A stretch of DNA of 64,000 nucleotides from Terriglobia bacterium. Lineage in GTDB: Bacteria; Acidobacteriota; Terriglobia; Bryobacterales; Bryobacteraceae. The stretch covers positions 57,108 to 121,107 of the forward strand of contig CAWBUH010000009.1 in the NCBI GenBank assembly GCA_963791935.1. Direction: 5' to 3'. The notes below the pieces were generated by a model. It searched no databases. It was not told the origin of the DNA and was given only the letters and a program-made list of their open reading frames with translations. Made by a program: the position numbers and the translations under genes. Numbering within the stretch: position 1 is the stretch's first letter; each line of letters begins with the position of its first letter. Positions 47,295 through 56,144 of this stretch are shown piece after piece.

Positions 47295-48698
47295 ATGCTC
47301 GCGCGTGCGCTGACCCAATGTTTTGTCCTGCTGTTTTTAGCCGCTCCACTTGCGATGAGCCGCGCCACAACCTATGTCGTGTTGTGGTTCGACACGGAAG
47401 ACTATGTGGACCCGATTGCCGACGACGCAGCCCTTCGTATTGCCAATGATCTAACTGCTCAGGGTGTGCGCGCCACCTTCAAAGTAGTGGGCGAAAAAGC
47501 GCGCGTACTCGAAGCAAGGGGGCGATTGGACGTGATCAACGCGCTCGGCCGGCACACCATCGGCTATCACTCGAACTGGCACAGTATTCAGCCGGTACCC
47601 GCGCTGGCTCTTCAACATCTTGGTCTGCTGGAGGGAGCAGACGAGTTCGAGCGTATGCAGCGCCCGGGACTGGAAGATCTGGAACGTATCTTTGGAGTGA
47701 GGCCGATTTGCTACGGACAGCCCGGATCGTCCTATGCACCGCAATCGAACTTGGCTTTGCGGCGCATGGGAGTGCCTGTGTATCTCGATGGAGGAACACA
47801 GGTGGGATTTGGAGAGCAACCGATTTGGTACGGCGGCCTGTTGTACGTGTACAACGTGGGTCGCTATCAGCTTCGCGCGCCGCTTGACCATGAGGGAACG
47901 GAAGAGCAGGCCTTTCGCGAGTTCGATGACGCAGCCAATGCGCTCGCGGCAAAGGGTGGAGGCTTGATCAGCATCTACTATCATCCGACCGAGTTCGTGC
48001 ACACAGAATTCTGGGATGCCGCTAATTTCGCCCATGGAGCTTCACGGCCTCGGAATCAATGGGTTCCGCCAAAGCGCAGAACCCATGAGGAGGCGGAGCG
48101 TTGTTTCGGAATACTACACCGCTATGTAGCACATGCCAAACAAACGCCGGATGTAGTGTTTATCACCGCGAACGATCTGCTACGCGTCTATGCGAATCCG
48201 ATGGCGCCTCAAGTGAAGAAGCAAGAACTGGCGCAGCACTTCGCACAGGGCATCGACTTTCTGTCGACCAGCTCCGGCGATTTATCCGCTGCGGATATTC
48301 TCCTCGAATTGCTGAACATGCCAGTGCGATATGTAGATGGGCCGGCAGCCGATGGAAGAACCAATCTGACCGAAGAAGTGATTCCGGACTACCTGTATGA
48401 GGAGGCTGTCGAGAGCGTGAAGGCGTTTATCGAGAAAAACGCGCGATTGCCGAACGAGGTGTTCGTTGGATCGAAGACGCTATCGCTCGGCGACTTTGCG
48501 GCAACCCTGGCAGCACACGTCCTGACGCCAGGACCGGTGCATGTAAAGACAGGCCAGATACGGCTTGACAAGTATTTCGCGACCGATGCACGTGCGTCGT
48601 TCAACTGGCCCATCCATCCCGAGGGGTTTGCTCCGGAAGAGCTGATGGCACTCGCGCGTCTGCAAGGCTGGACGCTGAAACCCGCCAGACTTCGTTGA
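47295..48698 (+). CDS. Secreted hypothetical protein, possibly polysaccharide-deacetylase (NodB/CE4)-like
   Basis: The ATG at 47295 lies 6 nt after ggaggagg. The signal peptide is MLARALTQCFVLLFLAAPLAMSRA. VVLWFDTEDY and GYHSNWHS resemble the NodB motifs TFDDG and HxxxH. This is weak evidence. Confidence 0.45.
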   Translation: MLARALTQCFVLLFLAAPLAMSRATTYVVLWFDTEDYVDPIADDAALRIANDLTAQGVRATFKVVGEKARVLEARGRLDVINALGRHTIGYHSNWHSIQPVPALALQHLGLLEGADEFERMQRPGLEDLERIFGVRPICYGQPGSSYAPQSNLALRRMGVPVYLDGGTQVGFGEQPIWYGGLLYVYNVGRYQLRAPLDHEGTEEQAFREFDDAANALAAKGGGLISIYYHPTEFVHTEFWDAANFAHGASRPRNQWVPPKRRTHEEAERCFGILHRYVAHAKQTPDVVFITANDLLRVYANPMAPQVKKQELAQHFAQGIDFLSTSSGDLSAADILLELLNMPVRYVDGPAADGRTNLTEEVIPDYLYEEAVESVKAFIEKNARLPNEVFVGSKTLSLGDFAATLAAHVLTPGPVHVKTGQIRLDKYFATDARASFNWPIHPEGFAPEELMALARLQGWTLKPARLR

Positions 48699-48949
48699 TC
48701 CTTTCCAACAGGCTTCCGGCAAGTTGAAGCAGGAATACGGAAATCGCGCGTGATAGATAAGTCGTCTATGTGGAACCGCCGAATCGTGGTGGAGATTACC
48801 TTCGACAGAAAAGCCGTGAGTGCGCGCCATAGAAATGATCTGGCATTTCCTCGGGGGCGCGTTAGAGGTGATCGCGCGGGTAAAGGCGTCGCTGCTTTGA
48901 GCAGCTTTCAAACTCTTCACCGGTCCGCCGGGGTGGCGGTGATTACCGA

Positions 48950-50743
48950 TTGAAACGGTTCCTCTTCCTCGGGTGCCTTGGTGCGGTGCTGTTATGGTGC
49001 CAAAGCAAGACCGCGCCTGCCCCGCTGAATCAAACTGTTGTGGTCACCGGCGTAGCAACCCCGCTACCGCTCGAAGAGTCGGATCGCTCGGTCGATGTAT
49101 TCGATATTCCGGCCAACAAGCAGATTTTGTTCAACGGTTGGCAGAATCTGCTGCAACTCGATGCCTCAGTCGACTTGCAGCAGCGCTCGCCTGGTGTGCA
49201 GGGGGACATCTCGATCCGTGGCGGAACTTTCGGCCAGACGCTTGTGCTCTTGAACGGACTGCGAGTCAATGATGTGCAGAGCGGGCACCACAACTTTGAT
49301 TTGCCTGTTCCGCTCGATGCCGTGGGACATATCGAGATTCTGCGCGGCACGGGATCAACGCTGTACGGCTCGGATGCTATCGGCGGGGTGGTGAATGTCT
49401 TAACACGTGTCGATCCCGGCCCTGAACTGGTTCTGCGAGCCGCCGGCGGAAGCTTCGGCGCAAATACGCAAAGCGGGCGATTCTCGGTAGGGAATTCGAC
49501 GATCTCGCAACAGTTCTCGTTCGAACGCGAGCTCTCGAGCGGGTTTGAGGATGATCGCGAATACCGGAATCTGGTGGCCTCATCAGAAACGCTCGTTCGC
49601 ACCCGCTACGGGACGACGCGGCTTTTCTTATCGGGCTTAGATCGGCCGTTTGGAGCGAACGGGTTTTACGGTGATTACAACTCGTGGGAGCGGACCAAGG
49701 CCTGGTACGCCGCTCTCTCGCAAGACATTGGCGAGAAGACACAGTTCACGTTTTCTTTCCGGCGCCATACAGATTTGTTCGAGCTCTTTCGCGACTACCC
49801 CGATCTGTACGCGAACCGGCATTCGGATGAAGCGTGGGACACCACGTTACGACGGCACGACGATCTGACGCGATCAATGCGACTTTCTTATGGAGCTGAG
49901 GGCATTTACGACAGCATTGAAAGCACCAACCTCGGACGGCATTATCGGCGGCAAGGTGCCGGCTACGGGGTTTTGGATCTCCATTCGCAGCGACGCTTCT
50001 CCTTCACGTCCGGCGCTCGGGAGGAGTTTTTTGGGCATAAGCAAACGTTCTTCGTACCGACTGTGAGCGGCCGCTACTGGCTGGCTGGGAGCGTCAAATT
50101 GCGTGCGTCCATGAGCCGCGCCTTTCGCAGGCCCACCTACACCGATCTCTACTATCACGATCCTGGTAATGTTGGAAATTCCGATTTGAAGCCGGAGGAA
50201 GCGATGAATTACGAGGCTGGAGCGGATGCCTATTTCCGAACAAATTGGCGAGCGTTTGCCACTCTTTTCGATCGTGAGCAGAAAAACGGCATAGATTATG
50301 TGCGCACTTCGCCATCGGATCCGTGGGTAGCGACCAACTTCGACCGGCTTCGCTTTGTGGGTTTTGAATCGGGCGTAGCCGGCCTGTTACCGCACGGGCA
50401 GCAGGCCTCGCTGCAGTACACCGCGTTACACGGGTCGCAAGCGCTTGCCGCGGGAGATCAATCGAAGTATCTTTTTGACTATCCAGTAAATGAAGCTGTG
50501 GCCGCTTGGCGAATTCTCTCGAAAAGCGGCTTCATTGCCCGCACACGGGTCGGCGTACTGGGTCGATATCGACAGAATGCTTACGCGCTGTGGGATGTGA
50601 ATGTCGGGTGGACGCACTCACACTTTCATCCTTACTTCGAACTTGCCAATGTGACGAACACGCGGTACCAGGAAGTGAGCGGGGTGGATATGCCGGGACG
50701 CTCGGTGATGGTCGGTTTAGAAGTGTGGGCTTGGGGGCAGTGA
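48950..50743 (+). CDS. TonB-dependent receptor, small BtuB/CirA-like type
   Basis: TTG start and a signal peptide. Plug blocks are present: ..DISIRGGTFGQTLVLLNGLRVND.. and ..IEILRGTGSTLYGSDAIGGVVNV... About 600 aa. Confidence 0.8.
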   Translation: MKRFLFLGCLGAVLLWCQSKTAPAPLNQTVVVTGVATPLPLEESDRSVDVFDIPANKQILFNGWQNLLQLDASVDLQQRSPGVQGDISIRGGTFGQTLVLLNGLRVNDVQSGHHNFDLPVPLDAVGHIEILRGTGSTLYGSDAIGGVVNVLTRVDPGPELVLRAAGGSFGANTQSGRFSVGNSTISQQFSFERELSSGFEDDREYRNLVASSETLVRTRYGTTRLFLSGLDRPFGANGFYGDYNSWERTKAWYAALSQDIGEKTQFTFSFRRHTDLFELFRDYPDLYANRHSDEAWDTTLRRHDDLTRSMRLSYGAEGIYDSIESTNLGRHYRRQGAGYGVLDLHSQRRFSFTSGAREEFFGHKQTFFVPTVSGRYWLAGSVKLRASMSRAFRRPTYTDLYYHDPGNVGNSDLKPEEAMNYEAGADAYFRTNWRAFATLFDREQKNGIDYVRTSPSDPWVATNFDRLRFVGFESGVAGLLPHGQQASLQYTALHGSQALAAGDQSKYLFDYPVNEAVAAWRILSKSGFIARTRVGVLGRYRQNAYALWDVNVGWTHSHFHPYFELANVTNTRYQEVSGVDMPGRSVMVGLEVWAWGQ

Positions 50744-50820
50744 ACAATCGGCTGGCTCTGGTGTAAACGGAATAAGACTTCATCAATAACCTGAGGTCCG
50801 GCACCCATTCATCTTCGGCG

Positions 50821-51780
50821 CTAAGGACGGCTGACCCTGAGGGGAAGGCAGAGTTCCGTTTTCCAGTTGTTCGGATCGGGACTCGACTCCGGCCCTGCAA
50901 CGTAGATCTCCCAGATATCTCCCCGACCCGTGTGTCCCTCCCGCTTTGCCCATTCGCCGAACTCCCGCCATGCGCCGAAGAGGCCTTCGTACGCCCCACA
51001 GAAAATCGCCCGCACAATCCGGCCACCGGGCAACTCACCAGCTTTCACCCGGCCCGCCGCTTGCACGGAAGTGGAAACCGGAAATCCTACTTCGAAATCG
51101 AATCTATCCGCCGCAGTTGTCAGGTGGTGCGCAAAGAGTGGTCCCGCCGGAGCGAGGCCTTGGTCGGCAAGAGTCTTCACGATTTCGTGAATCGCTGCCG
51201 GCATCTCTTTTCGGATCTGATCACGAGGGATCGTCAGGTGAATGATGGCTGCGATCCGCGCCTGGGTTTCGGTGATTTCCGGAACTGTAATCACTGAAGG
51301 CCTCGAAGTTAACAATTCTTCCAACCGATCGTATCCGGCCTTCATGCCGTACTCCATTCCTGACCTTCGCGCCGTATCGCGCGCTTCCTGCGACTCATAT
51401 CGCACGACGATTGTTGCTTTTGTAATGCCATCAGCCTCCACGAAGGTAGTCGTGTTCAAAGCTTCGCCCGCATACCAGGCATCATCGAATCTCTCGGTGG
51501 CGATGAGTCTCCGTGGGGCTTCGACTTCCCGGAATTCCCCAGCGATACCCATGTCTTTCGCGCCGTCCTTCCGCCAGACATAGCGGTATCTGCCACCAAC
51601 CCTTAGATCGATCTCACACACGGGCATGGTCCATCCAGGTGGGCCGAGCAGCCAACGCCGCACCAGTTCAGGCTTCGTAAAAGCATCGAAGACCATTTGG
51701 CGCGGAGCCTCAAATTCGCGGGTGATCTCAATTTCGCGGTCCGTGGGTGTAGTGACTTGAAAACTATCTGGATACTTCAT
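50821..51780 (-). CDS. SRPBCC (AHSA1/START-like) domain fused to a GyrI-like small-molecule-binding domain
   Basis: The ATG at 51780 overlaps the ArsR stop (ATGA). The N-terminal half (..REIEITREFEAPRQMVFDAFTKPELVRRWL..) is AHSA1-like. The C-terminal half (..GPLFAHHL..FDFEVGFPV..WEIYV..) is GyrI-like. Confidence 0.7.
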   Translation of the reverse strand: MKYPDSFQVTTPTDREIEITREFEAPRQMVFDAFTKPELVRRWLLGPPGWTMPVCEIDLRVGGRYRYVWRKDGAKDMGIAGEFREVEAPRRLIATERFDDAWYAGEALNTTTFVEADGITKATIVVRYESQEARDTARRSGMEYGMKAGYDRLEELLTSRPSVITVPEITETQARIAAIIHLTIPRDQIRKEMPAAIHEIVKTLADQGLAPAGPLFAHHLTTAADRFDFEVGFPVSTSVQAAGRVKAGELPGGRIVRAIFCGAYEGLFGAWREFGEWAKREGHTGRGDIWEIYVAGPESSPDPNNWKTELCLPLRVSRP

Positions 51781-52178
51781 AACTCTCCTTTGCCGTTCTT
51801 TGCTCGTCGATTTTTCGGTAGTTGGGGCGCTGCTTTCAGTTCGACAAGCAAATTGTCGAGTCTGGCGAACGAAGCGTCCCAAAATTGGCGATACTGCTCC
51901 AGCCATTGCGTGGCTTCCGCCAGCGGCTTCGCCTCAAGCCGGCTGAGCCGCCGCTGTGCGTCGCGGTCGCGCGAGATCAGCCCTGCGCGCATCAACACCT
52001 TCAGATGTTTTGAGATTGCCGGTTGGGTTATAGCGAACGGTTCAGCCAATTCCGTTACCGAAGCATCCCCCGACGCCAGCCTCGCCAGGATGGCGCGACG
52101 AGTGGGGTCAGCTAGTGCTGCAAAGGTTGCGTCAAGGCCGGAAGCTGCCGTTCCATAACCCATTGGTTGCATAACCAA
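51777..52178 (-). CDS. ArsR/SmtB family transcriptional regulator
   Basis: FAALADPTRRAILARLASGDASVTELAEPFAITQPAISKHLKVLMRAGLI is the canonical ArsR HTH. An alternative start lies at 52163. Confidence 0.9.
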   Translation of the reverse strand: MVMQPMGYGTAASGLDATFAALADPTRRAILARLASGDASVTELAEPFAITQPAISKHLKVLMRAGLISRDRDAQRRLSRLEAKPLAEATQWLEQYRQFWDASFARLDNLLVELKAAPQLPKNRRAKNGKGEL

Positions 52179-52209
52179 ATGGTAATAGACAAATTGGCGT
52201 CAGTCAACC

Positions 52210-52263
52210 AAAATCGTTGTTCCGTGTGTGGTCGGGCGCTGTCCGGCTAGTTGTGCACGGAAC
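52210..52263 (-). terminator. Stem-loop plus short T-run downstream of the six-gene operon (weak terminator candidate)
   Basis: There is an 8-bp inverted repeat, gttccgtg (52219-52226) / cacggaac (52256-52263). On the minus strand it is followed by aacgaTTTTgg. The 29-nt loop is long for an intrinsic terminator. Confidence 0.25.
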
Positions 52264-52353
52264 CAACTTCCGTTGGATTTGATCGCTGCGCTTGTGGCCG
52301 GCTAATTAGCCCAGTTACGAGATCTCAGAAACGACAACTCTGCGCCAAGATGG

Positions 52354-53640
52354 CTATTTCGCCCATTGCGGAAAAGCCAACATCGCATCGATAATGTTGT
52401 GAATCTTGTCGGTATGAGCATCCTCTTGCCACCCGCCTCGTTTCCCTTTGAGAACGGAGTCACGTGGGCAGCCATCGTCGTCTACTGCGTAGAGCGAAAA
52501 GGTGAGTGCCTGCTGAGCGATCCGTTTGTATTCTGGTAAGCCAGTCGCGGCCGAGTAGAGAGCGAGAACAGCGCCATACGTGGTGTTGATACCGCCCCAT
52601 GGATCTCGATCTTCATCCTGTTCACCACAGAGAGCAACACCCTCATGGATGCTGGTAAAGGTTGTACCCACAAACTCGATCAAGAGTTTTGCATGCGCTG
52701 CCCAGTCAGGATCCAGCGCGTCCTTGCGCTCGACCAGATACCGAGCCAGGGCGAGCGGTGCCCAGGCAGTGCGATTTTTCTGAGAATGATGGTCTTCGAA
52801 AAACTCGACGAAAAGGGTTCCATCCTTGCTGGCACTAGGTATTTGCGTATCCCGGATCCAGGACCAGAGCGCAGTCCGCGGCTGCTGAAACTCGGGATAG
52901 CCGTTAGCCATGAGCCAATCGAATAACCGTAAGTTGAACACCATGTTGCCGGATATGTCACCGCGAGCCGCACCGGTTCTATAATCGGCGCGGAACGGCC
53001 AGGGAGAGTGAGTGGCATCACCCGGACGCATGTTCGCAGCCAGCACGCGAGCGTTTTGCAACGCCTGATCGAGGTAATGCTGGTCGTTGGTCTGCTTGTA
53101 TAGCAGAGCCAAAGCGTACCCGGCGATGCCGCCTTTATCGGGCTGAATCTCGTACGGTTGATCGTCCTGCGAGCCGCTGTCGGGCGGAAGGGGAAATTGG
53201 GCGCGCGACCCCGTCGAACGGGTAAAGCGGGGATACTTGCCTGTGTTCGGCGTAAGAGATTCTTTTACTAAGTAGTCGCCCATGTAACGAGCAAAGGCGA
53301 GGACCTGCGGATTCTTTTCGCCTGTGAATTGGTAATACTTCAGATAAGAGATGATTCCCATGCCATTCTGCATGGATGGAATGAAACTGGTGCGGTCGCC
53401 CTCCGGCTGATATCGGTCGTCCATAAACGTCATCGAGACGAAGCTCGGATAACCATGCTCAATCGGAGCGTGCAGATACCAGTTCATCTCCCGATCGACC
53501 GTGTCTTTCCAGGAAGTCCAGGGAAGAAGTGAACCATCCGCGCCGTATTTTGCCTCATGACTGCCGAGTATCACCGGTTGCGGCGTTGCAGCAGACGAGA
53601 CAAGTGCAGCGGCGCAAAGCGCCAGCAAACTATATTTCAT
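52354..53640 (-). CDS. Secreted hypothetical protein, member A of a three-copy paralog family (possibly an alpha/alpha-toroid glycosidase or lyase-like fold)
   Basis: The signal peptide is MKYSLLALCAAALVSSA. It shares blocks with 53651..55183 and 62590..64000: YL[DN]xA, GDxxH[ST]P[WL]xF[RK], FFED, DP[DE]W. Confidence 0.7.
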   Translation of the reverse strand: MKYSLLALCAAALVSSAATPQPVILGSHEAKYGADGSLLPWTSWKDTVDREMNWYLHAPIEHGYPSFVSMTFMDDRYQPEGDRTSFIPSMQNGMGIISYLKYYQFTGEKNPQVLAFARYMGDYLVKESLTPNTGKYPRFTRSTGSRAQFPLPPDSGSQDDQPYEIQPDKGGIAGYALALLYKQTNDQHYLDQALQNARVLAANMRPGDATHSPWPFRADYRTGAARGDISGNMVFNLRLFDWLMANGYPEFQQPRTALWSWIRDTQIPSASKDGTLFVEFFEDHHSQKNRTAWAPLALARYLVERKDALDPDWAAHAKLLIEFVGTTFTSIHEGVALCGEQDEDRDPWGGINTTYGAVLALYSAATGLPEYKRIAQQALTFSLYAVDDDGCPRDSVLKGKRGGWQEDAHTDKIHNIIDAMLAFPQWAK

Positions 53641-53650
53641 GGAGTCGTTC

Positions 53651-55183
53651 CTATTCGAGCGTGATCGTCACCGACGGGCTTGTGGCTTCGATTTGCAAAA
53701 CGCGGTTTGCGGAGTTCCACTCCATGCTTCCACCGTCTACCGACACTGGGCGGCCAGCGCCGATTTTAAGCAGATCGTGCGAGCGGGCGTCAAATTTCGT
53801 GTAACGAATATGCCTGGGCTCGTACTGAATACTCCGCACGATAGAGGAAGTGCGTAGCAAGTGATTCTGATCACGGGGAGCTAACTCGGGGGCATCAGCC
53901 ATCGCGCGAAGATAGTGCCGGGCGTAATCTCCATAGCCGTCCGTCCACCAGATCTCATAGGTTTTCGGGTCGGGATATTTGTTCTTGCCATCGTCATCTA
54001 CAGCGTAGGTCGACCAATCGAGCTGGCGAGCAGCCATCTCCTTGTTGGCGGCGTTGCCAGTCTCGGCCGCATAGCGAAGCTCGACCGAGGCGTGCCGTGA
54101 AGAATGGCTTTGGCCGGGCACCTTGTAGGCGGTCTGTTCATTGATGGTGGTCACTCCTAGACGATCGAGTGAATGATTGCCGAGAGTTGCGATTACCCAA
54201 TCCTGCATGCGGCGAACATCGGTTTTCCAGTCCGGATCCCACGACTTGTTCTCCATCAAGAACCAGGCGAGCGTCCCGGCATTGATTTCGGTATCGGACC
54301 AGCCGGGAATGTCTTCGAAGAACGGACCCCAGCGATTGTTGTGGATCGGATACTGCTTGAGCCATGAAAGCAGAGTGTTGAAAGATGTTGAGTACGCTTG
54401 CGTGTTGCCTGCTTTGAGCTCGTCAAGCGATTGGAACAGGCGCAGTGTGCCCGTCCAATTTGTGGTGTAACCCGATTTGACCTCACCGGTCGCCGCTACG
54501 ACTTTAAAGGGAAGCGGCGAATGTGATTCGTCACCGGCCTGCGTCTTGCTCGCGAGTACGTCTGCGATGGTGACGGCAGCGTTGAGGTATTTGCGATCCC
54601 CGGTGATCTTATAGAGCGTAACCAGCTCCGCAGCGAATGAACCCGCTTTATCCGGCTGCGTGATGCCGGGGCCGAGGACGATATCGCCGTCGTACAGAAG
54701 TTTGCGCTCGGTGTTGCCCGGAAACGGCAAGTTCGGCCAGGAAGCGGTTGCAGGCGATAAGCTGTGATCGAGGTAGGTGTCCGCCTGATACCGCATGTTC
54801 TTCAAGACTTCCGGATCACCGCTGTACTGATAGTAGAGAGCCCAGGACGAGAGCATCATCGCGAATTGATCGCCGCCGATGCCAGCCGTTTCGAGAGTGC
54901 GAAACACCATGTACTTGGGAAGATCGATCGCTCCTAGTGACGGTTTCCCGACCGGCTGATCCCAGTAGGGTGGGATGTGATGCCAGTAAAACCAGACAAG
55001 ATTAAGAATGTGATCGTAAGCTTTGCCGCGATCGTCGGTGTACCACGGCAGGATGCGTCCGCTGCGATCAAGACGAGCAGGGTGATAGCCGATCACCTCT
55101 GCACGAGGTGATCCAGACGGCGCAGACAAAATCGAGGTAGCGACCATCAGGCCACCTCCGACGAATACGGTCAGGGCTTTCAT
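53651..55183 (-). CDS. Secreted hypothetical protein, member B of the same paralog family
   Basis: The ATG at 55183 gives MKALTVFVGGGLMVATSILSA. Motifs KYLNAAV, GDESHSPLPFK, PFFEDIPG and WDPDWK are present. The longest ORF starts at 55240 and overlaps the upstream gene. Confidence 0.7.
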   Translation of the reverse strand: MKALTVFVGGGLMVATSILSAPSGSPRAEVIGYHPARLDRSGRILPWYTDDRGKAYDHILNLVWFYWHHIPPYWDQPVGKPSLGAIDLPKYMVFRTLETAGIGGDQFAMMLSSWALYYQYSGDPEVLKNMRYQADTYLDHSLSPATASWPNLPFPGNTERKLLYDGDIVLGPGITQPDKAGSFAAELVTLYKITGDRKYLNAAVTIADVLASKTQAGDESHSPLPFKVVAATGEVKSGYTTNWTGTLRLFQSLDELKAGNTQAYSTSFNTLLSWLKQYPIHNNRWGPFFEDIPGWSDTEINAGTLAWFLMENKSWDPDWKTDVRRMQDWVIATLGNHSLDRLGVTTINEQTAYKVPGQSHSSRHASVELRYAAETGNAANKEMAARQLDWSTYAVDDDGKNKYPDPKTYEIWWTDGYGDYARHYLRAMADAPELAPRDQNHLLRTSSIVRSIQYEPRHIRYTKFDARSHDLLKIGAGRPVSVDGGSMEWNSANRVLQIEATSPSVTITLE

Positions 55184-55208
55184 ACTCTTAGTTGGCCTCT
55201 CAGATCGT

Positions 55209-56144
55209 TTACGCCCCGGAGTAGGTCGCGGTTTTCGCATCCTGATTCACGGGAGGCGCGTCGTCCCACACGGTAATCAGGAGAGTGCTTGCGAGGGCCA
55301 GCAGACCGCCCGCGATCATAAACCCGGTAAGGCGCTCATGCAAGATGACCGCTGCGATCAGGACGCCGAAGAAGGGGATCAAATAATTCGAGAGCGCGGC
55401 TTGTGTGGCATCGAGCCGCGTCAGAACATTCAGGAAAAGAACCATCGATAAGAAATATTGGAAGATGGCCAAGATAGCCAGGCCAATCCAGACGGTGAGC
55501 GAATAGCGTGGCAGATTCAGAAAGCCGGCCGGTTCAGCGGCCACCGTGACGGGGAGCAACACAACGAGCAGGGCGTAATAGCTATACAGCAGCACGCGGA
55601 GCGGAGAGTGGCGCTCAAGAGCCTTCTTGCTGTAGGCGTTGTAGAAAGCACTCCCTAATACACTCACGAAGATCAGCAGGTTCCCCAGCAGATACGTCCG
55701 GCCAAAGTTTACGCCGTTCCAATCGACTCCGGAACAGATGAGAACACCGAGAATGGCCAGGCCAAAACTGATCCATCGCATGCGCGACATGTGCTCACCG
55801 AGAAACAAATGAGCCATGACGGCCGTCGACACAGGCATTACGAGGGTGATGAGTGCGGCATTCGAGGCGGGAGCGAAGCGGACACCCCACGTGATAAAGA
55901 GTTGTGCAAAGAGCTGGCCGAGAATTCCGAGCAGGACGAAGTTGCCCACATCGCGCCGAGTGATGGAGCTCTTCGGCTCCCTCCGGATCAGCAGAATCAG
56001 CAACAGAGTCGAGAGCGCGATCGGGAAGGTGACCGCAAAAAGAGGACCCATCTGCTCCTGAACCAGCTTCACCATCACGAACTGGCTGGCCCAGATCAGA
56101 TTGCAAGCGAGTAGCAGGAGCCAATCGCGCAGCTTCGGATTCAT
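55209..56144 (-). CDS. DMT superfamily transporter (EamA family, 10 TM)
   Basis: The 311-aa protein has two EamA-like halves. Its ATG overlaps the aminotransferase stop (ATGA). Confidence 0.85.
   Translation of the reverse strand: MNPKLRDWLLLLACNLIWASQFVMVKLVQEQMGPLFAVTFPIALSTLLLILLIRREPKSSITRRDVGNFVLLGILGQLFAQLFITWGVRFAPASNAALITLVMPVSTAVMAHLFLGEHMSRMRWISFGLAILGVLICSGVDWNGVNFGRTYLLGNLLIFVSVLGSAFYNAYSKKALERHSPLRVLLYSYYALLVVLLPVTVAAEPAGFLNLPRYSLTVWIGLAILAIFQYFLSMVLFLNVLTRLDATQAALSNYLIPFFGVLIAAVILHERLTGFMIAGGLLALASTLLITVWDDAPPVNQDAKTATYSGA

Noticed and set aside
48699-48949. A cobalamin or TPP riboswitch upstream of the BtuB/CirA-like receptor.
   Set aside because: I could not find the B12 box, the GCCACTG block, or the TPP CTGAGA / ...CTGGATAATGCCAGCG core. 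The sequence atgatctggcat only superficially resembles the TPP P4-P5 region, and it folds as its own gaaatg/catttc hairpin. It is kept only as an unclassified structured leader.
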